Shown here one piece after another: positions 16,851-24,000 of a stretch of DNA of 24,000 bases. A model generated the notes under the pieces. It made no database searches and was not told the origin of the DNA. It saw nothing but the letters and a program-made list of their open reading frames with translations. Origin of the DNA: Pectobacterium phage POP12; sequence record MT560058.1. The stretch is one strand, 5' to 3'. Both the position numbers and the translations under genes were made by a program. The stretch's first letter is position 1. Each line of letters begins with the position of its first letter.

Positions 16851-18506
16851 TTAGCTTTTTGTTGCGATCCATTTCTTACATTTTTCATCAATCTTTTTCT
16901 GAACGATGTCGGCAATCTCAACCGTTCCGTGCGTTGATTGAAGTTCTAACCAGATTAAATCTAAAGAGCATATGATTGCATCAACAGATTCTTCAACAAG
17001 ATTTCCACCACGTTCCGGCTGAATCAAACATTCGTTGATTTCACCAACTTCCGCACCAAGATGCAAAGCTACAGATTCTTTCGAACGTCGCTTCACTTTT
17101 TTAGCCGCATCGAATACAGGACGCAAATCAACAGTATTATTCAGTTTATTCTTTTTTTCTACACCGTCAAAAGAAACGATATCAGAACCGTTAATATCAG
17201 TAAAGAATTTCAAATCTTCTGATGTAATCGGTATAATATTCAACTTTCTATCATACCAATGATTAATAATCATTCGGTTTAAGACACCTAACTTGATTTC
17301 CGTAATCGGTACATTCAATTCAATTCTTTCTGGAATATTTTGAGAATACTTATGATTCAAATGATGATTATTCAAGAATCCTTCACGATCTTTAAGAATC
17401 AATACAGATTTTGTTGTTTCAATTTCGAAGAATTGTTCAAATTCAAATTCTGTAATTACTACAAATTCACCATCATATTTCGGATGTTTAACCCAATCAT
17501 CCTTCAAGTCTTTCAGTCTAACGGTTTTTGATTGAATAGGGTTATTCAATTCAATTCTAAGCGGAATTTCAGAAAAATGCAATTTATTCTGTTCGTATGA
17601 ATTCAAGAATCCTTCACGATCTTTAAGAATCAATACAGTGTTAGGTGCTTTAGGTTCTATCATTTTTTCTTTCTCTTGATTGAAGATTACAGCGAAAAAT
17701 CTACGAACTTCATACTGAGAAATTACAACATCAGTAGATGCATAATTTTTCATAAAACTTGCATTGTTTTTTATGTCACCAACACATATAGAAACTCCGT
17801 TATATTCTGTAATAAGTTCAAGACGAGTCGGAATATTATACAAATATTGATAATCTCGTTGACCTTGATGATCAAGGAATCCTTGTCGATCTTTCAGAAT
17901 CAGAACAGCTTTCACTTCATCTTCTTGTTTTGAATTGTCGGAAACTTCAAAGAATCTTTGCAATTCGGTTGAATTTGCTATTGTGATGTTTTTTAAATCC
18001 ACGCCACGCCAATTAACCCAACTGGAATCAATTAAATCGCATTTAGTCAGACATGGTTTTTTCTGAAATTCATTTAAATCGACATTCAATTCTATTAAAT
18101 CTGGAATATCAGAAAAACAATCTCTATTCAAAGGATTATGATTCAAATAACCTTCACGATCTTTCAGAATCAGAACAACATTTGATTTCTTTTCTTTCAA
18201 ACTGTCGTCAGGATTTTCAATGCTTTTAGCAGCAAATTCAAAAATCTTTTCTTTTGGAATGATGATAAAGAACTTCTCAAATTCTTTTTCTGTGATGACA
18301 GCAACTTTACCTTTCATGATATTTTTCAAAGAAGGATCTTTATAGTTAATCCAACCGCGATCCGCAAAACCAGAATCAAAAATACTGTGATTGGATGGAT
18401 TCACAGTCAGTTCAAAGATAGAAGGAATATCTTTATATCGATTCCTGTTGCATGGAGAAAAATTCAAAAATCCTTCACGATCATGAAGATGTACAAATGT
18501 ACTCAT
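16851..18506 (-). CDS. Five-repeat 'VLILKDREGFLN' protein fused to a C-terminal MazG-like NTP pyrophosphohydrolase domain
   Basis: Repeats begin near aa 4, 110, 200, 290 and 367 and each ends in 'FF' (aa 80, 186, 271, 360, 435). C-term 'LHLGAEVGEINECLIQPERGGNLVEESVDAIICSLDLIW' fits ExxE...ExxD of MazG-like enzymes. Confidence 0.82.
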   Translation of the reverse strand: MSTFVHLHDREGFLNFSPCNRNRYKDIPSIFELTVNPSNHSIFDSGFADRGWINYKDPSLKNIMKGKVAVITEKEFEKFFIIIPKEKIFEFAAKSIENPDDSLKEKKSNVVLILKDREGYLNHNPLNRDCFSDIPDLIELNVDLNEFQKKPCLTKCDLIDSSWVNWRGVDLKNITIANSTELQRFFEVSDNSKQEDEVKAVLILKDRQGFLDHQGQRDYQYLYNIPTRLELITEYNGVSICVGDIKNNASFMKNYASTDVVISQYEVRRFFAVIFNQEKEKMIEPKAPNTVLILKDREGFLNSYEQNKLHFSEIPLRIELNNPIQSKTVRLKDLKDDWVKHPKYDGEFVVITEFEFEQFFEIETTKSVLILKDREGFLNNHHLNHKYSQNIPERIELNVPITEIKLGVLNRMIINHWYDRKLNIIPITSEDLKFFTDINGSDIVSFDGVEKKNKLNNTVDLRPVFDAAKKVKRRSKESVALHLGAEVGEINECLIQPERGGNLVEESVDAIICSLDLIWLELQSTHGTVEIADIVQKKIDEKCKKWIATKS

Positions 18507-18763
18507 AAATTTACCTTTATTTTGTTAAAGTGTTGACAAACGAAACAATCCGTATACACATACAGACGATCTTCTTTTGTTTCGTTAATTTGAGAACGTT
18601 CGGCGATCAATTTATCTTCAAAGTAAACACTAGTCACTTCCTCTTTCATCCAAGGATCATAACTTGACATAACTTTGACATTTTGTGATGTAGCAATGCT
18701 GGTGAATTTAGCATTGCTGCATTTAACAAATTTTTCACCATCAATATAAAAATTTAGTGCCAT
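18503..18763 (-). CDS. Hypothetical protein, 86 aa
   Basis: ORF track, 4-nt overlap with next gene. Confidence 0.65.
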   Translation of the reverse strand: MALNFYIDGEKFVKCSNAKFTSIATSQNVKVMSSYDPWMKEEVTSVYFEDKLIAERSQINETKEDRLYVYTDCFVCQHFNKIKVNL

Positions 18764-18766
18764 GTT

Positions 18767-19087
18767 TTACCTCAATGAACGGATGAATCCAGAACCATCG
18801 GTTTTTGCATTCTGGAAGATATTACCGCGAGCGGTTTTAGCTGGTTTTGCCCATCCAGCAGACTTGTAAACGTTACCTTCGTTGTCGATGAAACCAGCAC
18901 AGCTACGTTGATCGAATGCTTTGCCTGTTTCGGTGTTCATGGTGTCAGAAACGATACGGTGATATTTGCGACCTTTTTCCAGAGTATGAAAGACCTGAAA
19001 GATGCTATCAGGAGCAATGCGATTGCGTTCGGTGTTCATTTGAGCAAGCAGGTCTTTTGATGCATTTACCAGAGTTTCGAATTCCAT
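18767..19087 (-). CDS. Hypothetical conserved phage protein, 106 aa
   Basis: 'CAGFIDNEGNVYKSAGWAKPAKTARGNIFQ' resembles a common tailed-phage hypothetical family; strong AAGGGAAA upstream of ATG. Confidence 0.75.
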   Translation of the reverse strand: MEFETLVNASKDLLAQMNTERNRIAPDSIFQVFHTLEKGRKYHRIVSDTMNTETGKAFDQRSCAGFIDNEGNVYKSAGWAKPAKTARGNIFQNAKTDGSGFIRSLR

Positions 19088-19112
19088 GATATTTCCCTTT
19101 TAGTGACAACGT

Positions 19113-19131
19113 TTTCGATGAAGTAACTATA
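19113..19131 (-). promoter_or_regulatory. Candidate promoter/5' leader motif (copy 2)
   Basis: Minus strand TATAGTTACTTCATCGAAA, 16/19 identical to 6091..6109, in an intergenic gap upstream of 18767..19087. Confidence 0.4.
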
Positions 19132-19169
19132 ACAAAGTCTGTTTGTTTGGTCTTTAGCAAAAAGTGCTA

Positions 19170-19373
19170 TTACAGAGTTTTCATGTACTCTAAATGCTCT
19201 TTTGCTCTCAACAACTCTTCCTGTTTGGTTTGAAGAATTGAGGTGTATTCTTTTCGTTCCCAAAGTTCCAGTTCAGAAGATAATGCTTCCATGCAATAAT
19301 CAATACCACCCTGTAAATTAGCAACTTTATCAAGCGCAAGGTTAAGATAGTGGTTTGCTGGCATGTTAATCAT
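19170..19373 (-). CDS. Hypothetical protein, 67 aa
   Basis: Track ORF 19170..19406. ATG at 19373 (MINMPANHYLNLALDKV...) has AGGA about 9 nt upstream; the track start abuts the terminator. Confidence 0.55.
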   Translation of the reverse strand: MINMPANHYLNLALDKVANLQGGIDYCMEALSSELELWERKEYTSILQTKQEELLRAKEHLEYMKTL

Positions 19374-19406
19374 TCTCTTTTTCCTGTCTCTCTTTTTGAT
19401 GCACAT

Positions 19407-19446
19407 ATAATAAAAAAGTCCTCACCATAAGGCAAGGACTTTTTGA
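19407..19446 (-). terminator. Rho-independent terminator (copy 2 of identical 40-bp element)
   Basis: ATAATAAAAAAGTCCTCACCATAAGGCAAGGACTTTTTGA on plus strand, identical to 12664..12703. Confidence 0.85.
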
Positions 19447-19449
19447 TTT

Positions 19450-19605
19450 TTATAAAAATATTTTAGAAACCATTGATAAATCAATGACTTTTTCGGCTTC
19501 TCTTTTTCTTTCTGACTCAATCACATCTTGAATTTTTATTTTCTTGATGGATTGTGTCTCTGTTGAACTTGTTTTCTGTTTTTTGGTTCTGTTTATGCAT
19601 TTCAT
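19450..19605 (-). CDS. Small ORF, 51 aa, not in ORF track, ending just before terminator
   Basis: Manual translation MKCINRTKKQKTSSTETQSIKKIKIQDVIESERKREAEKVIDLSMVSKIFL*. Stop (19450-19452) is 3 nt before the terminator element. Overlaps the C-terminus of 19517..19873 in another frame. Confidence 0.5.
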   Translation of the reverse strand: MKCINRTKKQKTSSTETQSIKKIKIQDVIESERKREAEKVIDLSMVSKIFL

Positions 19606-19873
19606 ACACTTTTCTCATGCTCTGTTTAAAATAATGTACTTTTCCATCATAACCGTGAGTGTAAACAAACTCAATGGTCTTTTTATCGAAATCGTATTTG
19701 ATATTATTCCAGCCAACATTGAGTACCACAAACAGATCATAAGCCGCTCTACGTCCTTCATGAGTACCGAAAAAGTCTTCTGCACTTTGTTTTGACGACG
19801 CTAAACTTATAAGAGCACATATAGCAAAAAATGCCGCCAAAACAGATAACACAATCAATGTCCAGAATATCAT
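19517..19873 (-). CDS. Hypothetical membrane-anchored protein, 118 aa
   Basis: N-terminal hydrophobic segment 'FWTLIVLSVLAAFFAICALISLA' followed by a soluble tail. Confidence 0.65.
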   Translation of the reverse strand: MIFWTLIVLSVLAAFFAICALISLASSKQSAEDFFGTHEGRRAAYDLFVVLNVGWNNIKYDFDKKTIEFVYTHGYDGKVHYFKQSMRKVYEMHKQNQKTENKFNRDTIHQENKNSRCD

Positions 19874-19876
19874 ATT

Positions 19877-20539
19877 TCACCTTATCTGAATAGATAACGG
19901 ATCGACATTCTCGCCTGTAGGTGCTTGTTCGATTCCGTATGCGTAACGTAATGCATAAATTAGCATCAAAACGTCTTTAGCGCAATCATGGATCGAGTTA
20001 TGTTTGATAAATCCTTCTAACGTACCTAAAGGCAACGGCGTGTTTACTAATCCTCTGGTAAGCAGTCGGTTTTCAATCGCGGTTCTGATATCGCGACAAT
20101 TCCAGAACGGAACTGGAAGCATATCAAAAACATCGTTTTCGCCTTTGATTTGACGCATTACATCAACCAAAATAGAACGATCAAACTCCGGGCCTCTGCA
20201 ATATTCCAAAGACTCTTTAAACACAATACCATCAGCTTTTAGATCTGTTAAGAATCTACCAATACCATCGGAAATAGTCAGATCATCAGGCAATGGTTTC
20301 AAAATTGCTTGTGCTTCTGGTGCTTGTTTCTTCCACCATCCAATAGTACCAGCATCAGAAATTCTCGTACCTTTCTGTGCTTTGATGTCGAATTTGTATT
20401 TTCTCGATCTGGATACTAATTCCAGAAAACTAGGAACATTATCAGGCTGATCAATAAAAGGTGTATAGCTTAATTCAACTACAATTCCTTTTGGTGCTGG
20501 CCCGACCGTTTCCCAATCAAAAACGTAATCTGTTGCCAT
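19877..20539 (-). CDS. dexA: 3'-5' exonuclease, T4 DexA-like
   Basis: 'YVFDWETVG', 'FLELVSRSRKYKFDIKAQKGTRISDAGTIGWWKKQAPEAQ', 'EYCRGPEFDRSILVDVMRQI', 'HDCAKDV': DEDD-type residues and DexA-like collinearity. Confidence 0.9.
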   Translation of the reverse strand: MATDYVFDWETVGPAPKGIVVELSYTPFIDQPDNVPSFLELVSRSRKYKFDIKAQKGTRISDAGTIGWWKKQAPEAQAILKPLPDDLTISDGIGRFLTDLKADGIVFKESLEYCRGPEFDRSILVDVMRQIKGENDVFDMLPVPFWNCRDIRTAIENRLLTRGLVNTPLPLGTLEGFIKHNSIHDCAKDVLMLIYALRYAYGIEQAPTGENVDPLSIQIR

Positions 20540-20541
20540 AA

Positions 20542-20796
20542 TTACCGCTTATATTCATCAATGTAGAAACTAAGAAATTCAGCTTCTTCCGTGGTAAGAG
20601 AAACCGTTATTGATGATAAGTCAACAGCGATAGTTTTCGATTCTGTTATCGAACGCGCTGCACAACATTTATCAAATACAGAAACGTATAGTTTTTCGTT
20701 TTGTTCTTCCGTAATAGTTACCGGATGTGAAGAAAACCCAACTAAACTCGATTTCCGTAAGAATGCATTAGCAACGAACATAGAAATATTAATCAT
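20542..20796 (-). CDS. Hypothetical protein, 84 aa
   Basis: ORF track. Confidence 0.6.
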   Translation of the reverse strand: MINISMFVANAFLRKSSLVGFSSHPVTITEEQNEKLYVSVFDKCCAARSITESKTIAVDLSSITVSLTTEEAEFLSFYIDEYKR

Positions 20797-21056
20797 GATT
20801 CTTCCTGAATAAACGTTACAAGTGTTCCGTAATCATACGAGTCTACGATTACATGCGTAGAAATAGGAACTCGCTTTTTACCGCGCATATCATTAAAACT
20901 CAATGTTACGCCATTCGTCGCCATATAGCTTTTAAGACGATTATATAACGTCTCTGCATATCCAAGTTCAATTTTCTTTTCTGGATCTGCGGTAATAACT
21001 GCTTCGTATCGTCTAACGAACCATTCCACCGCATCAGGATTCAATTCAAATTTCAT
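20793..21056 (-). CDS. Hypothetical protein, 87 aa
   Basis: ORF track, 4-nt overlap. Confidence 0.6.
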   Translation of the reverse strand: MKFELNPDAVEWFVRRYEAVITADPEKKIELGYAETLYNRLKSYMATNGVTLSFNDMRGKKRVPISTHVIVDSYDYGTLVTFIQEES

Positions 21057-21081
21057 ATAGCCTCAAAAGGGCGATTTCGCC

Positions 21082-22413
21082 CTAAATGTAATTTACTTTA
21101 AACCTAGCTCTTGTTGAACCAACATACAATAACTGTTTGCATAGCTCATAGTCAGCATAAGCAATAGCACAAGGAGTATACATAAAACAATTATCAAAGG
21201 TGCTACCCTGAGATTTGTGATATGTGCATACTGGTAAAGGTTTGATCGACTGGAATTTATTCTTAATGTCCCAGAAACTATTCCAAGGCGCTCTACGTCC
21301 TTCTGCTTTCATTTTTTTATACGCTGCTGATACATAATAAAGGTAATTTTGGAGCTTTTCAATATATTCTTTATCATACACCACTTGAATCGGCGCTGTA
21401 GTCCCTTCTGAGATAGATTCTACGTCAAGGACATAATAAGTTAGATCCAGCGAATCAGATACACCAGCAGCGCGTAACGTTTCATTTCTCTTGGTTATCT
21501 GATTGATCCTTACCTGTTCGCCATTGTTGAAAATAACTTCAACAAATTTCGTACCTTGGAAAGTCTGTTCAGAAACTAACGGTTCTTGCATAACCACGAT
21601 TTCACCAAGAACAAAATGTTCAGTAGTTTTGTAAACGTGCTTACGAATTACTGCATTGAGTTTATCCACGTTGTCATTGGTATAGGCCAACATTCTTGTT
21701 TCTATCAAATCATCAGGCGTTTTAACTTCGCTTAGATACGATGTCATGAACTGACGAACATCAGGAGAATTAAAGATCCCTTGTGTACCATCATCTGAAA
21801 TCAACGAACGAATAGGTTTACCGTCTCTAATTTCTCTCGATACTTTGATGATCGGATTACCTTCCGCCTGACGCATTACAGTATCAAGCACGATAACATC
21901 AAAGATATCTTCATTGAAACATTTACTGATTTCACCCATTCCATCAACGTTTACAGGACGTATCTGATCTTTATCACCAATACACAATATAACTGCATGA
22001 CTTGGAACAGTACGCATGATGATGTCAAACAGTTTCTGGTCAATCATACTACATTCATCGATAACAAACAGACGACACGCAGAAAGATCCGGTGCTGCTT
22101 TACCTTTCTTCTGTTCAAAAACTCGAACTTCTTCTAATGTCGTAGGGCTAATTTTTAGCGCCGAATGAACTGTCATTGTATCCATTCCGGTAGCTTTAGC
22201 CAGTTCGTTTTTTGCTTGGTGAGTCGGTGCAGTAAGCATGATCCCTGAGAATCCTTTAGCTTTCAACGATTCAAAGATAAACTTTACTAGTGTCGTTTTA
22301 CCAACGCCCGGCCCGCCTGTTAACGTGCTTTTAATGCCTTTTTCGATATTGTGCAAAATGCGGTCGTGTGCAAATTTTTGATCTTTACTTAAATCTTCGT
22401 ATGTCAAACTCAT
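21082..22413 (-). CDS. dda: SF1 DNA helicase, T4 Dda-like
   Basis: Walker A 'LTGGPGVGKTTLVKFI', 'FVIDECSMID', 'CIGDKDQIRPV', 'VCTYHKSQGSTFDNCFMYTP', 'LLYVGSTRAR'. Confidence 0.95.
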   Translation of the reverse strand: MSLTYEDLSKDQKFAHDRILHNIEKGIKSTLTGGPGVGKTTLVKFIFESLKAKGFSGIMLTAPTHQAKNELAKATGMDTMTVHSALKISPTTLEEVRVFEQKKGKAAPDLSACRLFVIDECSMIDQKLFDIIMRTVPSHAVILCIGDKDQIRPVNVDGMGEISKCFNEDIFDVIVLDTVMRQAEGNPIIKVSREIRDGKPIRSLISDDGTQGIFNSPDVRQFMTSYLSEVKTPDDLIETRMLAYTNDNVDKLNAVIRKHVYKTTEHFVLGEIVVMQEPLVSEQTFQGTKFVEVIFNNGEQVRINQITKRNETLRAAGVSDSLDLTYYVLDVESISEGTTAPIQVVYDKEYIEKLQNYLYYVSAAYKKMKAEGRRAPWNSFWDIKNKFQSIKPLPVCTYHKSQGSTFDNCFMYTPCAIAYADYELCKQLLYVGSTRARFKVNYI

Positions 22414-22700
22414 AATTCTACGATAATTCCTTTAACAAAGCCTTTTTCAAGGAACCATTTCATTCTACGAATTTCATCGTCGGAAAGATTTGAAATTTTA
22501 CTAGCCTTTCCTATTGATTTTCCGAAAAATGTTCTTTCAACATTAACCCTTGGTTTCAATCTAGATTCGATGAAATTTTTCTTTCGTTTCAGTTCTTGTT
22601 CTGCTTTGTCTTTATCTTCAAACAGAACAGGCGGATTTGTGTAAAATTCGTCGTAACCGTCATAGTCTTTGTTTGCTATGACAAAATATTTCTTAATCAT
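22410..22700 (-). CDS. Hypothetical protein, 96 aa
   Basis: ORF track, AGGAG upstream of ATG. Confidence 0.65.
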   Translation of the reverse strand: MIKKYFVIANKDYDGYDEFYTNPPVLFEDKDKAEQELKRKKNFIESRLKPRVNVERTFFGKSIGKASKISNLSDDEIRRMKWFLEKGFVKGIIVEL

Positions 22701-22875
22701 AACTACTCCTGTAGATCACATAGAAAATACCGATGAACCATAACAATGTACAGATCATCGGTATTTTCTTACCTGTTATTAAACCGACTGAATAGGAATA
22801 CATGCCTGTGACAAACATACACAGGCAATAACCAATTGTAATCAGTATAGGTATGAAGAATGGATCAATAACCAT
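22693..22875 (-). CDS. Small predicted membrane protein, 60 aa
   Basis: Two hydrophobic stretches ('FFIPILITIGYCLCMFVTGMYSYSVGLI', 'MICTLLWFIGIFYVIY'); start overlaps the upstream stop. Confidence 0.5.
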   Translation of the reverse strand: MVIDPFFIPILITIGYCLCMFVTGMYSYSVGLITGKKIPMICTLLWFIGIFYVIYRSSYD

Positions 22876-23386
22876 TATCCCAGCGTCGGATGTTTTCTGC
22901 TTGTTTCAGCGCATACATTTTGAAAATGGTTTCTGCGTCCATTCCAAGACCAAGGAATTTAGCCAGAATAAAGTGAAGCTGATCGATCATTTCGAACATC
23001 AATTCAAGTTTATCTTTTTCGCTCAATTCACTGTATTTGAAATTTCGCAGTTCTTGGTTATTTGCTTTCCAAGGTTTCCATACGCCGGATGCTGGTTTTT
23101 CTCCGCGAGACATACCACCAAGAGCAGTATACAATTCTCTGGTTTCGTCTGCAATAGAATCGTCTTGTTGTTTCAACCAGTCCAACACTTGACCACAAGT
23201 TTCAAGTTTATCAGGACGCGGAACCCAGCTATACAGATCAGAAAGGTGTTGTTGTGCGTTGTTTTGTAGATTCAGCATAGTTTGAAGAGGATCTTTTCCG
23301 TCTTTCAAAACATCTGAATACATTTTGTTTGCCAAGTCCAAAGATTCAGGATTGACCAGATGCGAACAGCTATTAAATGCAGTCAT
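22865..23386 (-). CDS. MazG/dUTPase_2-like all-alpha NTP pyrophosphohydrolase
   Basis: 'DDSIADETRELYTAL...KLELMFEMIDQLHFILAKFLGLG' gives ExxE and ExxD helices. Track start 23416; ATG at 23386 with GAGATAAAA upstream avoids overlap with the primase gene. Confidence 0.7.
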   Translation of the reverse strand: MTAFNSCSHLVNPESLDLANKMYSDVLKDGKDPLQTMLNLQNNAQQHLSDLYSWVPRPDKLETCGQVLDWLKQQDDSIADETRELYTALGGMSRGEKPASGVWKPWKANNQELRNFKYSELSEKDKLELMFEMIDQLHFILAKFLGLGMDAETIFKMYALKQAENIRRWDNGY

Positions 23387-23393
23387 TTTTATC

Positions 23394-24000
23394 TCATTTT
23401 GATGGTGATTTGTCATAGTGCTTGAATCGCAATTTTGCTTGCAAACCTACGACAGTGTTTTCTTTCAAATATTGCATGATCTCTTCTTGTCTTGCATTAT
23501 CAGATTTGATCATTTCGTTTATATCTTTTGACTTCCACGGCGATTTATCCCACAAGACAACCTTTTCGTTTTGGTCAATCAATTTTTTCAATCTAAACAT
23601 TGTATCAGGATGATGAGGTTCATTGTCAAGAACCCAGACACGATTGTTTTTATACGGAACATCAGATAAAGCCATCTGACCACCACATATCGCGCCGGAA
23701 TTATCAATAAACAAACTATCAATCGGGCCCTCTGTGATATACACAGTTTTTAACGGATCGATAAGATCCTGACCATAGAATTTCGTTGCTTGTTCATGCG
23801 CTTTTATGGTGATGTATTTCGCTTTTGATTCTCGTAATGCTCTACCCTGAAAACATTCTATCATACTTGATTCATTAAAGATAGGTATAACAAGCCTTGG
23901 TTCCGGTTCTGGATTCTCATAACTATCATGCTTAACCGTATTAACCAATTTTTGCCATTCTCGCGTAAACCAAAGACGATTTAACTTGTTTTCTGGTATT
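23394..24000 (-). CDS. 61: DNA primase, T4 gp61-like, N-terminus beyond window edge
   Basis: Frame is open past the track start (a TTG at 23948) to the window edge, reading '...IPENKLNRLWFTREWQKLVNTVKHD...EPRLVIPIFNESSMIECFQGRAL...VYITEGPIDSLFIDNSGAICGGQ...RRVWVLDNEPHHPDT...WDKSPWKSKDINEMI'; collinear with the gp61 TOPRIM region. Confidence 0.93.
   Translation of the reverse strand, partial: IPENKLNRLWFTREWQKLVNTVKHDSYENPEPEPRLVIPIFNESSMIECFQGRALRESKAKYITIKAHEQATKFYGQDLIDPLKTVYITEGPIDSLFIDNSGAICGGQMALSDVPYKNNRVWVLDNEPHHPDTMFRLKKLIDQNEKVVLWDKSPWKSKDINEMIKSDNARQEEIMQYLKENTVVGLQAKLRFKHYDKSPSK

Noticed and set aside
19066-19263. 65-aa ORF in the track
   Set aside because: It covers the intergenic promoter-like gap and start of 18767..19087, has no convincing RBS, and its composition is not coding-like.
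22853-23269. 138-aa plus-strand ORF
   Set aside because: Antisense to a well-supported MazG/dUTPase_2-like gene; sequence lacks recognisable motifs.
1-24000. tRNA genes, homing endonucleases, transposases, integrase, retron/DGR reverse transcriptase
   Set aside because: None of the characteristic motifs (RT YxDD, GIY-YIG, LAGLIDADG, HNH, tRNA cloverleaf) were noticed by eye. A tRNAscan/HMM run would be needed to exclude them fully.

Overview
The window looks like part of a T4-related (possibly jumbo) tailed-phage genome. Essentially all coding capacity is on the minus strand, in short, tightly packed, often overlapping genes. The plus-strand ORFs in the track look like antisense shadows. Recognisable minus-strand genes, right to left: T4 gp61-like primase (runs off the right edge), MazG/dUTPase_2-like all-alpha NTP-pyrophosphohydrolase, Dda-like SF1 helicase, DexA-like exonuclease, a fusion of five 'VLILKDREGFLN' repeats with a MazG-like domain, two 'FSSIExLxxWF' paralogs, unsplit phage type II topoisomerase large subunit plus gp52-like subunit, an operon of eight tandem paralogs of unknown function, a COG3541-like nucleotidyltransferase, a VWA-domain protein, and a candidate TET/JBP-associated-type DNA-base glycosyltransferase (runs off the left edge, absent from the ORF track). 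Additional observations are intrinsic terminators (including a 40-bp one present twice, identically), a shared promoter-like sequence upstream of two genes, two small ORFs missing from the track, and several probable start-codon corrections. The least explained items are the eight-member 'GICGNV/YPVE/DKWD..YRxKLLDMMIE' array, the five-repeat MazG fusion and the DNA-modification-type glycosyltransferase. All family assignments are from remembered motifs; no database search was run.
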